In this document: positions 35,181-45,400 of the stretch, piece by piece | Numbering within the stretch: position 1 is the stretch's first letter | Layout of the letters: each line of letters starts with the position of its first letter | Source of the DNA: Macrostomum lignano | Taxonomy: Eukaryota | DNA: 64,000 nucleotides | Direction of reading: 5' to 3' | Assembly: GCA_002269645.1 (NCBI GenBank) | Contig: NIVC01001870.1 | Coordinates: 1-64,000 of the forward strand | Made by a program: the position numbers and the translations under genes | Notes under the pieces: generated by a model | Database searches by the model: none | What the model was told of the DNA's origin: nothing | What the model saw: only the letters and a program-made list of their open reading frames with translations

Positions 35181-36640
35181 CTATAAATATATATATATAT
35201 TGCCTTGATATCTATTCGTCTATTTAAATAATGGTCACGTAAAAAACAATCAAAGTTTACGCATTTTCTCAGTATGCTCTAAAAGTTCACTAATTTAGAT
35301 CTTTGTGGAAAGACGGCTGATGCTAGATATAGCAGCCTTTAAAATCATTCCTCGAATTTTATTCTTCGATTTCTAACTTCGTCCCTTCTCAGAGTCAGAA
35401 ACGCATATTCGCTTTTCTAATTTAGATGTTTTCTTCAGATTAGATTTCTGTTTTTTTTGCAAATTGCATTCCATGTTGTGGATTTCTCCGGCTTATCCCT
35501 CCGCAAGGATATTTAATAAAGCCGGTTTCATCTACGGCGATCTCTTGACTAGTACGAGTACGAGTACGAGTACGAGTACGAGTACTAGTACGAGTATAGC
35601 TAGCTACTTCATAATACGAATTATTAACCCTTGCAATTATTTCATTCTAGCGTCCACCCTATTTCATAGACGTTCTCTTTTAATTAACACGCGTCTTACC
35701 TCTAAGTACGCTCGTATTAACGGACTTATTAGATTCTATCAACTTATAATATACAAAAAACTATTTTTGCCTTTCGGTTTAACGAGTTTTTATAATCGAT
35801 TTTGCAGGCTATCAAGCGGGCGAACTCAGTGAAGTATGGCCTCTGTGCGACCCTATTTAGCCGGGATGCTAGCAGAATCATGCGTGTTTGCCGTCAGCTG
35901 CAGGTAAGCATGGCTTGCCGCTTTACTCGAGTATCTGATCTGATACATGTACTAGCTAGATTTGATTTGATTGGTAAAAACTGCACGCTCGCTTTTATAG
36001 TGCTTTAATTTTTTTCCATATTTGACGTTTGAAACCACTATAAAGCAGTATCAGACAATAGGGATGACTGTAGTCCGTGTTGGGGAGGGTTTAGTCTGCG
36101 CTAAGATGGGGGGCAGATATTTTGGGGTTGGAGCAGTATCAGCCAATAGGGATGACTGTAGTCCGTGTTGGGGAGGGTTTAGTCTGCGCTAAGATGGGGA
36201 CAGATATTTTGGGGTTGGAGCAGTATCAGCCAATTGGATGGCTGCAGTCCGTGTTGAAGAGGGTTTAGTCTGCGCTAAGATGGGGGCAGATATTTTGGGG
36301 TTGGAGCAGTATCAGCCAATTGGATGGCTGCAGTCCGTGTTGAAGAGGGTTTAGTCTGCGCTAAGATGGGGGCAGATATTTTGGGGTTGGAGCAGTATCA
36401 GCCAATAGGATGGCTGCAGTCCGTGTTCGGGAGGGTTTATCAAATGTAAATACTTCAATGTAAATTCGATGAAATGTAAATTTGCCTCTCCAGGTCGGCA
36501 CTGTTTGGTCTAACTGTTGGCTAGTACGCGACCTAAACATGCCATTCGGCGGCTGCAAGCAATCTGGAATTGGCCGCGAAGGGGCGCACGACTCGTTGGA
36601 GTTTTACACCGAAGTTAAAACTGTCTGTCTGCGCTTTTGA
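21432..36640 (+). CDS. ALDH8A1: Aldehyde dehydrogenase family 8 member A1 (2-aminomuconate semialdehyde dehydrogenase-like), 9 exons, 496 aa
   Basis: Exons 21432-21610, 22426-22626, 23127-23260, 24004-24248, 32042-32112, 32229-32333, 32610-32922, 35808-35903, 36494-36640 (1491 nt, phases consistent). Family-specific motifs: [73 protein letters not shown] (catalytic Glu), [14 protein letters not shown] (catalytic Cys), [20 protein letters not shown]. Confidence 0.95.
21850..22392. repeat. 21-bp minisatellite (catagcaaccaaatcagcgcc / catagcaaccaattcggcttc)
   Basis: ALDH8A1 intron 1; it explains the ORFs at 21787-22392. Confidence 0.93.
22975..23104 (+). mobile_element. Truncated, diverged second copy of the tRNA/CORE-like SINE
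   Basis: acgactgaaaggtcggaggttcgattctcgatctactcggaataatttatgtccttcagcaagacgcctaactctgcattgcttcagttcagccagctgtaaaat aligns with the reverse complement of 10290-10400. It ends about 20 nt before the ALDH8A1 exon 3 acceptor. Confidence 0.75.
23415..23835. repeat. 22-bp minisatellite (gtggcgccagagtaaattatca)
   Basis: ALDH8A1 intron 3. Confidence 0.95.
24408..25092. repeat. 17-bp satellite family B (gggagatgggattctat)
   Basis: ALDH8A1 intron 4; the same family occurs at 32955-34340. Confidence 0.95.
26314..27780 (+). CDS. LINE ORF1 (gag-like, DUF4780-like central domain)
   Basis: 488-aa open frame directly upstream of pol. It has an Arg-rich segment [16 protein letters not shown] and an NYASKVK motif. 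The region [14 protein letters not shown]...RFRVWIP...LLKLHPDL resembles DUF4780 of LOA-clade ORF1 (recalled pattern, no HMM run). Confidence 0.85.
   Translation: MASSASLTPAEAGAPATPAGDSGTSAAPPGADGLAAGSAGDMPARATGPSAEARRTRNQRRNERRRRLRGTAGRPPAEGEPREGEAAVGPKGTTATPAPQDTTPAGEPPSIPATSAAGPSGTAATNYASKVKLQPAVIVFGEEQDLTADELDSAWRTIDAALIDQLLAGRPVSVVKSAKTDGCIFIWCSSEESSRNLRELLPKLNWPKKLGKLVFASEGERQKTQRFRVWIPAGSAIKSGDQLRQILLKLHPDLKVNGLLHHATSRKEKGATVILGLSDDWAKRLPPKSTIHIGLTQLTILRCEERKADEAKNAKASETGTGAQAPPAKKPRQTADPMPGKAVRAAETGNRNRRPARSTRRSGLIQRALDQAKNLRAHRERARASRAPPQQPEGQTLSGEAPTDWFESVTHQEAGATRIDLTDEAEGTGSDSTEARRRGDGNVHAGLTSAEDSTATLTAEDAETPMEVCGSPTTEKEEDDLLNDSPTA
27783..31487 (+). CDS. LINE ORF2 polyprotein: AP endonuclease, reverse transcriptase, RNase H, C-terminal CCHC
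   Basis: APE: LQINLQH, VQEPW, SVYLP, GDINAHH, IDATL, SDH. RT: [32 protein letters not shown]. RNase H: [32 protein letters not shown]. Zn finger: CPFC...HFVCHC. First ATG at 27783 (the track starts at GTG 27777). Confidence 0.97.
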   Translation: MISNQGIHCLQINLQHCVAASVNLMRYAELDKPGLILVQEPWTLRGKPQNAPAGYNCFYTYPREANQPPRACIFASKTLSAWLRSDLSNRDICVIQSEDLLPGKTTLIASVYLPGDAAVVPRALATLVELCSAKNYELMVAGDINAHHTHWGSTGINQRGEDLLAYVASTTLEFCNSGSTPTFDNGRWSEVIDATLATPRLYQSIGAWRVLPVSSLSDHKFISFNLMAARSATRVMWRRNARNTDWETFGLALKEFHRSPGQPFTITSCREADECATVLTETLTAAFEASCPLKAYKGKKSAPWWNPELGNLRRRAKRLHRRATKTKSPADQTAYHEAIHEFKRQVRNAKAQKWRQYCEELEGSRPTSRVVKALTLDKMSKLSSVKRTDGTSTDNPGETLDVMLTAFFPNEPANQTTPDHSEGGHALAASIITEDRIVRAANSFKPFKAPGPDGIVPALLREAVKCPGFLRKLCSLLRACITLGYVPQAWTEAKVIFIPKPGRPDYHSIKSFRPISLTSSLVKLMERLVLWRLLSVELKNKPLSENQHAFRAGRSTESALHVLVDKLEKAVLGSGFALGIFLDIIGAFDNVLFEAFRRALCERLTHSHLTRWIMYMISHRTATASLLGYQRTVPVCKGSPQGGVLSPVLWNMVIDELLRDVRPDPILKVGYADDVTAVASGPSPDTLRDLLQNFIYAAEQWADRCGLRLSETKTAAIMFTSRTKWQIRPLTLYGREIPFCKQTKCLGITLDHRLNWSPHVQTKAKKAFAVLAQLRRAVGTTWGLTPKRLWWIYTAMVRPAISYGGLIWASALQIKTCLEALRRAQGRACRTIMSAPPSAPYDGLNAFLNIPPLDIFVRREAAKTARRLADAGIRIQPHRAMAKRKLLPHADLCLKDLRDSGGLHVLSDGEPRTLNLFQRYKVTIPSRDAANDHWNFQEVHCYTDGSIKDGRAGFGVCIIINGRVIATHAQHTGRLSTVFQNEVLAISSCAAELNAKVTRGKTIVIHSDSQAALQALCHTTTNSRTVADCARQLNLLARSNTVRLKWIPGHAGFPGNELADTLAKRGGSGSFFGPAPLVPMPLTVINRQIDDWADSLHRDRWAGTQNCRQSRAAVPCPSHRLRNILLNQNRKDIRALVMTLTGHGYLARHCFLRGDLESEICPFCECDNEDAQHFVCHCPFFNRDRLRYLGPNPSIDEVCQPDSIPRLIQFLRATRRASFFPTEDHAAGRTGGPP
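32955..34340. repeat. 17-bp satellite family B (gggagatgggattctay)
   Basis: ALDH8A1 intron 7; it explains the many MGDGIL-type ORFs. Confidence 0.95.
34925..35185. repeat. 16-bp (ctatctgtctatcttt) array grading into (TATC)n
   Basis: Direct reading. Confidence 0.93.
36044..36440. repeat. 87-88-bp tandem repeat, about 4.5 copies
   Basis: agcagtatcagccaat...ggggttgg recurs at 36044, 36132 and 36219; ALDH8A1 intron 8. Confidence 0.93.
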
Positions 36641-37640
36641 TTGCAAATGAGTTCGATTCGAATATTGCGATTTGCGGGTCTTAAGACCACTTGACTATGT
36701 AATTGACAGCTTGATTATGATTATGATTGCATTCATATTCACTACTCGCGACAATAATTTGGTTCTGGTTAAATTGAATGAAAGACTTACTATTCAATGC
36801 GGTAAAGATATCAATTCGGGAGTCTTACGAGCGTATCGTGATTAATTAGAGTAGCCGGTAATGTTTCATTTATTATGACTCATTTTTGCTGCATCAGTCA
36901 TCATCATGTTCTTTATTAAAGTTTTCCCACTCCAGAACCAGCAATTCAGTGTGGAACTTCGCAGAGTCAAAGTTCGTCTAGCAAAATTTTCACATTCTTA
37001 TCAATCACATATTAGCGATCAAGTGTGATTTCGGCGTTTTGAAGCGATTCCATTGCCGTTACCAGTTGCCTTGTATAGAAAATCATAGAAAATTAAACAT
37101 GTACACTGCACTACCCAATGGAGGGTCAGTCGGCTGAAATTAGATAACAGCCATGAGCTAAGCCATTCTAAAATATAATGCGAGGGGTGGGACGGCTAAT
37201 AGCCACTCTTAGGAAAGACCTCAATAACCTCAACCGCCGATAAAATAAGCCAATCCAAGATTTGGGGGGTTGGGGGGGGGGCTGGGACTGTTGCAATTTG
37301 TAACGAACGCCTGTTGGCCGGTCATAAAATCGATAAACCCACCACCTCACTCCACACGCGCGGGAGCTGGATTAAATTGAAAAAGCATTAGAAAGTCAAT
37401 AATAGCTCTATTGTAAGGAAGAGGGAGTTGACCTTGCTAGAAAATCGATAATCTTCACTCACCCCATTCACGCACTCTGTGGGATTTAGCTTAATAGCAC
37501 TTTGGCTGTACACAGCTAAAACAGTAAAAAAGTTCGCAACAAATTGTGACAATCACGTGGGCAAGGTTAGTATGTATGTACACTCGTAAATTATATAGAT
37601 AGCCTATCATACGGGACATACAACCACCTACATGCACTAT

Positions 37641-38159
37641 CTATGTACTTGAAGCATTTATCAGCGCTTTAGAGACTAACAGACACACTTGTGTAATTAA
37701 TCGAAAATGCAGTTTTTCGATTTGCAAATCAGCAAAGTTGACAGTTGTTGACAGTGTTGTAGAAGTTATAAACCACAGTTGGTTTCTTCTTGGCGTCATC
37801 ACTTGGCGTCCCACCAGTGTAGAAGTCGCCAAATCACGCTGAACTGACGGATGGTTCTCCATGAAGCTCTGCAACTTACCGACATAATATTCGGTAGCCT
37901 TTGTCACACTTTTACTAGCAGCGGTGTCCTCGATTTCGGAAACGAGCTGTTCCAATTCAAGTAGTTCAGCTTCTTCGTCAGGTATCTTCTTGAAAAGTGC
38001 CTCCAGAAGATCCTCCTCTTCTCGATCAATTGCCGACTCCGGTAGATTATCAGGCTCGTTCAGAATGTCGTCAATCTCATTGGTGGACAAGCCGGAAATC
38101 ATTTCGTTCGGAAATTTGCTCAGATTCAGAAGTCTGACTTTAGTTGGTGGCTCAGCCAT
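37641..38159 (-). pseudogene. Acidic 172-aa ORF, possibly an internally deleted Crypton/DUF3504-type element
   Basis: Coding-like, non-repetitive ORF. ELEQLVSEIEDTAASKSVTKATEYYVGKLQSFM resembles my recollection of the N-terminal helix of Crypton-derived proteins. A shifted frame just downstream reads ...KKKPTVVYNFYNTVNNCQLC*, like their C-termini. No recombinase core is present. Confidence 0.35.
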
Positions 38160-38713
38160 ATTCTCTCACAAGTGATTTTAATTTAACAGCTTCTTATTCC
38201 CTTCTTCGCAACACTCAATCAACTTGCGTGCCTTTCACGCATTTTTGTCTATGGTTAAGACAAATTAACTGAGCGTGCATCTAACGCGCCATCTAAAGTA
38301 TTAAGCCAACGTAATACAATGCAACTCATACATCGATTTTTTGTGCTTAAATGGTCTATGCACGAGTGCGCAAAATCGATATATGAATCCTACATTTCAT
38401 TTCGACGATTTTTTCATTTAGGATCGCAACAGTACGGCGGGTGTTTAATTTTTTAACAATTATACTGACTTAAGTAGTTGCATATTGCATTTTGCCTATA
38501 GCTACTGACTGAGTGGTTGTTTTAAAGAAGTACCGTCTCCATTGGGTATAAGTGCTCTTTATACAGAATACTTAACGTTCTGTCACAGTTTTAAATTAAA
38601 TGGATTTGAGTCATTGCTCCTATCTACAAAGAAAGTACAAGCACTAGAAGAATTGATTAATATATTTTATGATAATACATTTGATATGATTTTAGAACGA
38701 AAGAAAAAAATCT

Positions 38714-38782
38714 GCACTTGGAATCGAGCCTGGGCCGCTGGCACATCAGAGCGCCGCTCTAGACCACTAGGCTACGCCCCCC
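38714..38782 (-). pseudogene. tRNA-like fragment / SINE head
   Basis: The minus strand ggggggcgtagcctagtggtctagagcggcgctctgatgtgccagcggcccaggctcgattcc has an A box and a degenerate B box. The T stem is broken and the anticodon loop is 6 nt. Confidence 0.5.
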
Positions 38783-40286
38783 TTGGTGCTGTCAACCCTC
38801 TTCCAGCTAAAAACACTGGCTTGGCTTTTATAATTATTAATAATAAAATAATTATTAATAATAATAATAATTATTATTATTATGATATCATTACAATATG
38901 TAAATCACCATGAGACTGGTCAAAGAACAATAGCACCAATGATGCCCAATGGCTACGAAGAGGTACATATAAAGGAGAAAAGAAATGAAAGAAGACAAAG
39001 GGAGAGGATGGAAAGAGAATAAGACAAAGAAAATTGAGAAGTCTAAAAACTGATCAAGGTGGTCTATATAGAAATGCAGGTAGAGCATTCTATAGTTTAC
39101 AGTAAATGAAAATGAAGCACCTCTTCTGTTTCTCTGTTAAAGGAAGTCTAAAGCAGAAGCCGTTTGCTGTTTGCTGTTAGAACGGTGACCATGGTGGGAC
39201 CGTGGAGCAAAAGGAAGGAGGAGCTGCTGAAGCTCACTGGTGCCTTAACCCCGCAGAAGTCTATGGACAAAAGCAAAAGTCCACCGACAGTTCTGCGAGT
39301 CCCAAGGCCAAGGGACTCACTGGCAGATCAACCATACAACAGTAAATTGTATTTTAGTAAATGGAATTGAAGCTTTTGATATTTCTTACCTGTCAGATAG
39401 CTTTTTTAACCGTTTTCGACAATAATAATTTTGTCCTGATGTTAATCCGGGATTAGGAAAATAAATAAAATGAGAAATATGGCCGCCTGGATAGCTAAAA
39501 ATATTTCAGATATTCAAAGCTAGCTATCGGTTTTCCGCCACGGTTCTGCGACAAAGGCTAAGGGAATCAAGTCGTGGTAGGAAACTGATGAAACGAGAGA
39601 AATTGGTTTTGCAATATCACTGCATGTGACAACGAGTCTGCTTTAGGACGGATGAAAAAACTGTAGATAAATTAGAATTTTTTACCTTAGTTTCACCTGT
39701 GCAAGTTGCGGGATCCAATTCGACCCTGTGATTGACAGTTGAAAAAAATAAGAGAATTTATCAATTTATATTTAAGCATAGTCTATATTCTGTTTAATGC
39801 ATTTCTAAGAACCTTTCAGAGCCGATAAAAAGAAAGTAAGTATTGGGATTAAGTATACTCAGGTAAGGACGTAGACTTATCGGAACATCCTATGAATAAT
39901 AAATCTACTTGAGTTGGTGCAGACGTGTGTGCAGACAAACAGAAGCAAACGGTCTGTCTTTCCAATATTATTCAACTTATTCGCCCACGCTCTGATCGGA
40001 TGCCAAGTCTTCGACTGGACTATGCAAAGCCGATCGGAAAAGTCATTCGCTCACGCTGGAGACAGAAAACCGCTTTTAGAATTGGAAATTAATGTTCCCG
40101 ATTTCTGATTGGGGGATCAAGGATACAGTCGGGACTAGGGAATAGCACTATTTAATCCTAGATGACAGGGAGGGATCGGGGATCGCTGCTCATAGCTAAC
40201 ACATATCAGTGTTATTTAATTGCAAAATCTGCAATTCGTAAACAGACTACTCTAGTACAAACTCAACCGACTGCTCCAAGCACGCA

Positions 40287-40935
40287 ATGACGTCGGCTTC
40301 AACAGCGCAGCGGTCAGTGTCTCGCAGGCTGCTAGCTCTGGTCGCCATAGCTACAGCCGCCGCCGTCTTGCTGACAGACCAGGGCGGTGTCGAAGCTTTC
40401 GCCGCTGGCCGAATGGAGCCGGACGGCGAGGCGGCCGACGGCGGACAGAGACCCTCGACGTGGCTGGCGATGAAACGACATTGGCTCCGAGAGAGGAACG
40501 GAGACAGGCTGGTTCGGTGAGTACTTTTTCAATATATGAGCTCATTCTTAGACAAATCCCACCGGATGTACTATGAGATGATTGCAATTTACCGGTACTG
40601 TATTGTAGAAAACTGAATCTGTTTTTGGCTGTCCTCAAAAATTCTGTCGGCACCCGAAGGACCCTCATTGCAAAGTAAACTTGCAATAAACTATAGCTTG
40701 CTAGTCATGTTTTATTAGGGCTGCTACTCTGAATTCCAGTCCTTTAGGATGTAGGCCGTAGGGTTAGTGAATATAAAACCCTATAGCCAGCGACTCATTA
40801 CAGTGTAATACTCACTCAGTAAAGTTGTCATCACCCAGTCTGCATGCTCTCAAAACATATCATTTCAGCAACAGGAAGTGGTGGCCAGTCAAGTACTGGG
40901 AGGTTCCGCCGGAGGAGATCGAAGTTCGTCGATGA
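40287..40935 (+). CDS. Neuropeptide/prohormone-like precursor, 2 exons, 98 aa
   Basis: Exons 40287-40516 (cg|gtgagt) and 40869-40935 (tttcag|c), phase 2. Signal peptide RRLLALVAIATAAAVLL...VEA. Dibasic KR, RK and RR sites bracket HWLRERNGDRLVRN and WWPVKYWEVPPEEIEV. Confidence 0.75.
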
Positions 40936-42054
40936 ACGAACTCAATGCCCGATCAGACGCGGTTGCTGGCGCACGATTCCTCACGAGGCTTAAGTGTAGT
41001 GAAAAAAACTCAAACAAATAATACATTGGCAGATTAGTCACGAGCAAGTGTAACGACTAATATTTACCCAAATCAACTATTACGCAATTTCTAGCCGCAA
41101 ACAATAATAATCGTTTTGACGCAAGACTAATTAATTGCGGTAATAAATACAAAATCATCGTAACTTTTTTGTTTGCCTTGAATCATTTACGGTAGCACGA
41201 TAACAATCCATAAAAAATGTTGGAGTCGAGAAAAAAAGGGTTTGGCCATAGACAAATTATGTCAAGAATGGTATACAGAAATTTTGCCAGAACTTTGCAT
41301 GATTGCCAGTTTGCGGCGTAGCATAGTCCATGAAATATCTTCGAGGATGATATAGCTGCATGTTCGTAATCACTGCTCAAAAGCTCTAACGCAGACAATA
41401 ACCTCATTGGGGACTACCTTGTGCTAATATAGTCAATGCTTGCCTGCCTTTCCAATAAATCATAATGTATTTGCGTATGGATACAAAAGATATCCCCTGA
41501 CAATAAACTAATCACTAACTTGGCGATGCCCAATGCAGCTAGTGCAAACCGATTAAAGGAGTTGTAAATCACTGCGCCCTCTGGCGCCCTGTATAGTGTA
41601 TAGTGGTAGATTGGCAAGAGATAGCAATCAATAAATAAATGCAATCCACCATAAAGGTGAGAAGTGAGAAGGGACTAAACTGTTTGTGTCAATTCTGCGT
41701 CAATTCCACGGTCCAATGATAATTCCCTGGCCTGTTATATGCAAGAATGCACAGCTATAAATATTTAGAAGCGCATATTCGCGTGTCCCTGATTGACCCG
41801 AAATACTCGTAGCATTGCCATGCAGGTGACGAATTAATGAACACGAATAGAATGCGCCCTGTTTTTTATAGAACAAGACTCATCACTTGAGTGCATCGTG
41901 TTTGACGTGTATCTAATGAACTTAATGAACTAATTGCATCAAACACGAGGGGTCCACAGATGTCCACGCAGTAGAACTGGGAACAGTAAAGCACCTGCAG
42001 GCGACAACTCATTCTCTTTTGCACACCCATAGTCGAAAGCATTGCTCTTTACGC

Positions 42055-42410
42055 CTAAGGGGCTTTAGCACCAAGGGGCTTTAGCACCAAGGGGCTTTAG
42101 CACCAAGGGGCTTTAGCACCAAGGGGCTTTAGCACCAAGGGGCTTTAGCACCAAGGGGCTTTAGCACCAAGGGGCTTTAGCACCAAGGGGCTTTAGCACC
42201 AAGGGGCTTTAGCACCAAGGGGCTTTAGCACCAAGGGGCTTTAGCACCAAGGGGCTTTAGCACCAAGGGGCTTTAGCACCAAGGGGCTTTAGCACCAAGG
42301 GGCTTTAGCACCAAGGGGCTTTAGCACCAAGGGGCTTTAGCACCAAGGGGCTTTAGCACCAAGGGGCTTTAGCACCAAGGGGCTTTAGCACCAAGGGGCT
42401 TTAGCACCAA
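42055..42410. repeat. Perfect 16-bp minisatellite (ggggctttagcaccaa), about 22 copies
   Basis: Invariant units with no spacers. Confidence 0.97.
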
Positions 42411-42801
42411 GAAATTGTTGGGGAACTGCTAAAATTGGGAACAGGGAGGAGGAGAGGCAATTACAAAAGTGATTAATTGATTACTTAAACATCAGGTTAC
42501 AGTCTTCGTACCTTCAGTATCAGCTCGTGATCCTCCGTACCTGGTACAGGTTGCGGTATCTCTCACTCTTGCACCCGTGCTGTCCCTCAGTGTCACACTG
42601 AAAAATGCTCTTATCACTAGCTATATTTTGCGTTCTTCGCTTCGGACCTTGATCGGGTGGAATGAGCCGTCTAAAAATATAAAAACTTTATCATAAAAAG
42701 TCTAATAAACGGCACTGCAAACTGATTAGACGCCTTTGTTGAGTTGAAATTAATTTTCTGCTAAAATTTGAAGGTCAAATTAGGGATTCTGGAAATAAAA
42801 T

Positions 42802-44609
42802 ATGACAAAGATTTTTACCAGCATGATTGGAGCCTTGGCGATGGCGCTGCTGTTTTGTTGTAAGTATTCTCTGTGCTTTCTTTGCACTTTAGATTTAGAA
42901 TTTGGAACAGAAGTGCACTTGAATTTTGAATTCAGTTGAGTATATTAGAGTAGAGTGAAGTAGAGTAGAGTAGAGTGAAGTAGAGTAGAGTGAAGTAGAG
43001 TAGAGTGGAGTAGAGTGGAGTAGAGTAGAGTAGAGTAGAGTAGAGTAGAGTAGAGTAGAGTAGAGTAGAGTAGAGTAGAGTGAAGTAGAGTAGAGTAGAG
43101 TGAAGTAGAGTAGAGTGAAGTAGAGTAGAGTGGAGTAGAGTGGAGTAGAGTAGAGTAGAGTAGAGTAGAGTAGAGTAGAGTAGAGTGAAGTAGAGTAGAG
43201 TGGAGTAGAGTAGAGTGGAGTAGAGTAGAGTAGAGTAGAGTGAAGTAGAGTAGAGTGGAGTAGAGTAGAGTGAAGTAGAGTTGAGTAGAGTAGAGTAGAG
43301 TAGAGTGAAGTAGAGTAGAGTTAAGTAGAGTAGAGTTGAGTAGAGTGGAGTAGAGTAGAGTAGAGTAGAGTGAAGTAGAGTTGAGTAGAGTAGAGTAGAG
43401 TAGAGTGAAGTAGAGTTGAGTAGAGTAGAGTAGAGTAGAGTGAAGTAGAGTAGAGTTAAGTAGAGTAGAGTTGAGTAGAGTGGAGTAGAGTAGAGTAGAG
43501 TAGAGTAGAGTAGAGTAGAGTAGAGTGAAGTAGATTAGAGTGGAGTAGAGTAGAGTGGAGTAGAGTAGAGTAGAGTAGAGTGAAGTAGAGTAGAGTGGAG
43601 TAGAGTAGAGTGAAGTAGAGTTGAGTAGAGTAGAGTAGAGTAGAGTGGAGTAGAGTAGAGTAGAGTAGAGTGAAGTAGAGTAGAGTGGAGTAGAGTAGAG
43701 TAGAGTAGAGTGAAGTAGAGTTGAGTAGAGTAGAGTAGAGTAGAGTGAAGTAGAGTTGAGTAGAGTAGAGTAGAGTAGAGTGAAGTAGAGTAGAGTTAAG
43801 TAGAGTAGAGTTGAGTAGAGTGGAGTAGAGTAGAGTAGAGTAGAGTGAAGTAGAGTTGAGTAGAGTAGAGTAGAGTAGAGTAGAGTAGAGTAGAGTGAAG
43901 TAGAGTAGAGTTGAGTAGAGTAGAGTAGAGTTAAGTAGAGTAGAGTTGAGTAGAGTGGAGTAGAGTAGAGTAGAGTAGAGTGGAGTAGAGTGGAGTAGAG
44001 TAGAGTGAAGTAGAGTACAGTGGTGTAGAGTAGAGTAGAGTGGAAGAGAGTTGAGTTGAGTAGAGTAGCGGTAGAGTTAAATAGAATTGAGTATAGAGTA
44101 GAGCAGAGTAGAGTTTGGTTGCGCTGATCGTAGATTAGTCACAGTGATGGAATTTTGCGTGTCCCAAGTTCCCCTTCACCTGTTGGGAGAATTTCTACTG
44201 CAAACTCGACCTCAGCTTAACCTTTAGAGGCGAGTAACGCAAGCAGACGTAAAGCATTCAGCTGGGTACTAACCGCAGCTAACTTTGCTTAACTCTGCTT
44301 AGAGCCTGGGATAAATACTCAGGTGAATATAGCAGAACGGAGTAGGCTAGTAGGCTAGGTTAGTTTTTTATTTGTTATATGACTATTATTATTGTTTAAA
44401 ATTTTGCAGCCGCCGAAGCCAGCCGTGCGAGGGACGAAGAGTTCCAAGTGTACTGCAATGTCAGCGTGAAATCTTCCCACGACTTTCTCATGGTGCTGTT
44501 CTCAATCTTCCTGACCATACTCATGTCCTCCGTGCCCTGGATCATCGCCCTGGCCTTGGACCTGTTCCGCTGGATCGGCTCGGCTATCGTGTCGCAAATT
44601 CAAGCTTAA
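42802..44609 (+). CDS. Predicted 85-aa signal-peptide membrane microprotein, 2 exons
   Basis: Exon 42802-42859 (t|gtaagt) joins exon 44410-44609 (ttttgcag|cc) in phase 1: MTKIFTSMIGALAMALLFCSAEASRARDEEFQVYCNVSVKSSHDFLMVLFSIFLTILMSSVPWIIALALDLFRWIGSAIVSQIQA*. Exon 2 has GC-rich third positions. The exon pairing is inferred. Confidence 0.6.
42945..44110. repeat. (AGAGT)n pentanucleotide satellite with tgaag/tggag variants
   Basis: Direct reading; it fills most of the intron of the microprotein gene. Confidence 0.97.
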
Positions 44610-44804
44610 ATCAAACGATTCAGTGCCTCAAATTGAGTTTATATCTGTCGTTTAAATTATATCTCCGCGGCTGCATATGCCAGAGCTTTTGAGTTCGTTT
44701 ATAAAAAATTGAAAAAAATAAATTCGAGATTCATAGTGTACTTGTAGACAGATATTCTTTGTCGTGGATTTGTACTTTTTATGTGCTAACTGGAGAGTTG
44801 CTCA

Positions 44805-45400
44805 AAGTGCGCTCATCAGAGCTACCAAAGTGTGCTCATCAGAGCTACCAAAGTGTGCTCATCAGAGCTACCAAAGTGTGCTCATCAGAGGTAACAGAGT
44901 GTGCTCATCAGAGCTACCAAAGTGTGCTCATCGGAGGTAACAGAATGTGCTCATCAGAGGTAACAGAGTGTGCTCATCAGAGGTAACAGAGTGTGCTCAT
45001 CAGAGCTACCAAAGTGTGCTCATCGGAGGTAACAGAGTGTGCTCATCAGAGCTACCAAAGTGTGCTCATCAGAGGTAACAGAATGTGCTCATCAGAGGTA
45101 ACAGAATGTGCTCATCAGAGGTAACAGAGTGTACTCATCAGAGGTAACAGAGTGTGCTCATCAGAGGTAACAGAATGTGCTCATCAGAGGTAACAGAGTG
45201 TGCTCATCAGAGCTACCAGAGTGTGCTCATCAGAGCTACCAAAGTGTGCTCATCAGAGGTAACAGAGTGTGCTCATCAGAGCTACCAGTACCAAAGTGTG
45301 CTCATCAGAGCTACCAGTACCAAAGTGTGCTCATCAGAGCTACCAAAGTGTGCTCATCAGAGCTACCAGAGTGTGCTCATCGGAGGTAACAAAGTGTGCT
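44805..45400. repeat. 23-bp minisatellite (gtgtgctcatcagagctaccaaa / gtgtgctcatcagaggtaacaga)
   Basis: Direct reading; lies between convergent 3' ends. Confidence 0.95.

Noticed and set aside
38714-38782. Functional tRNA gene
   Set aside because: The T stem is mismatched, the anticodon loop is 6 nt and there is no 3' acceptor strand; kept only as a tRNA-like relic.
39135-39345. GC-richer segment that could be an orphan exon
   Set aside because: No phase-compatible partner exon or recognisable motif was found; it may be a UTR exon of the 40287 gene, but this is unsupported.
42055-42410. CRISPR-like regular repeats (here and in other arrays)
   Set aside because: Units are contiguous with no unique spacers, there are no cas genes, and the context is eukaryotic.
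44110-44240. Cys-rich reading WNFACPKFPFTCWENFYCK as an extra exon of the microprotein
   Set aside because: No AG acceptor places this frame in phase with exon 1; the in-phase acceptors hit stops.
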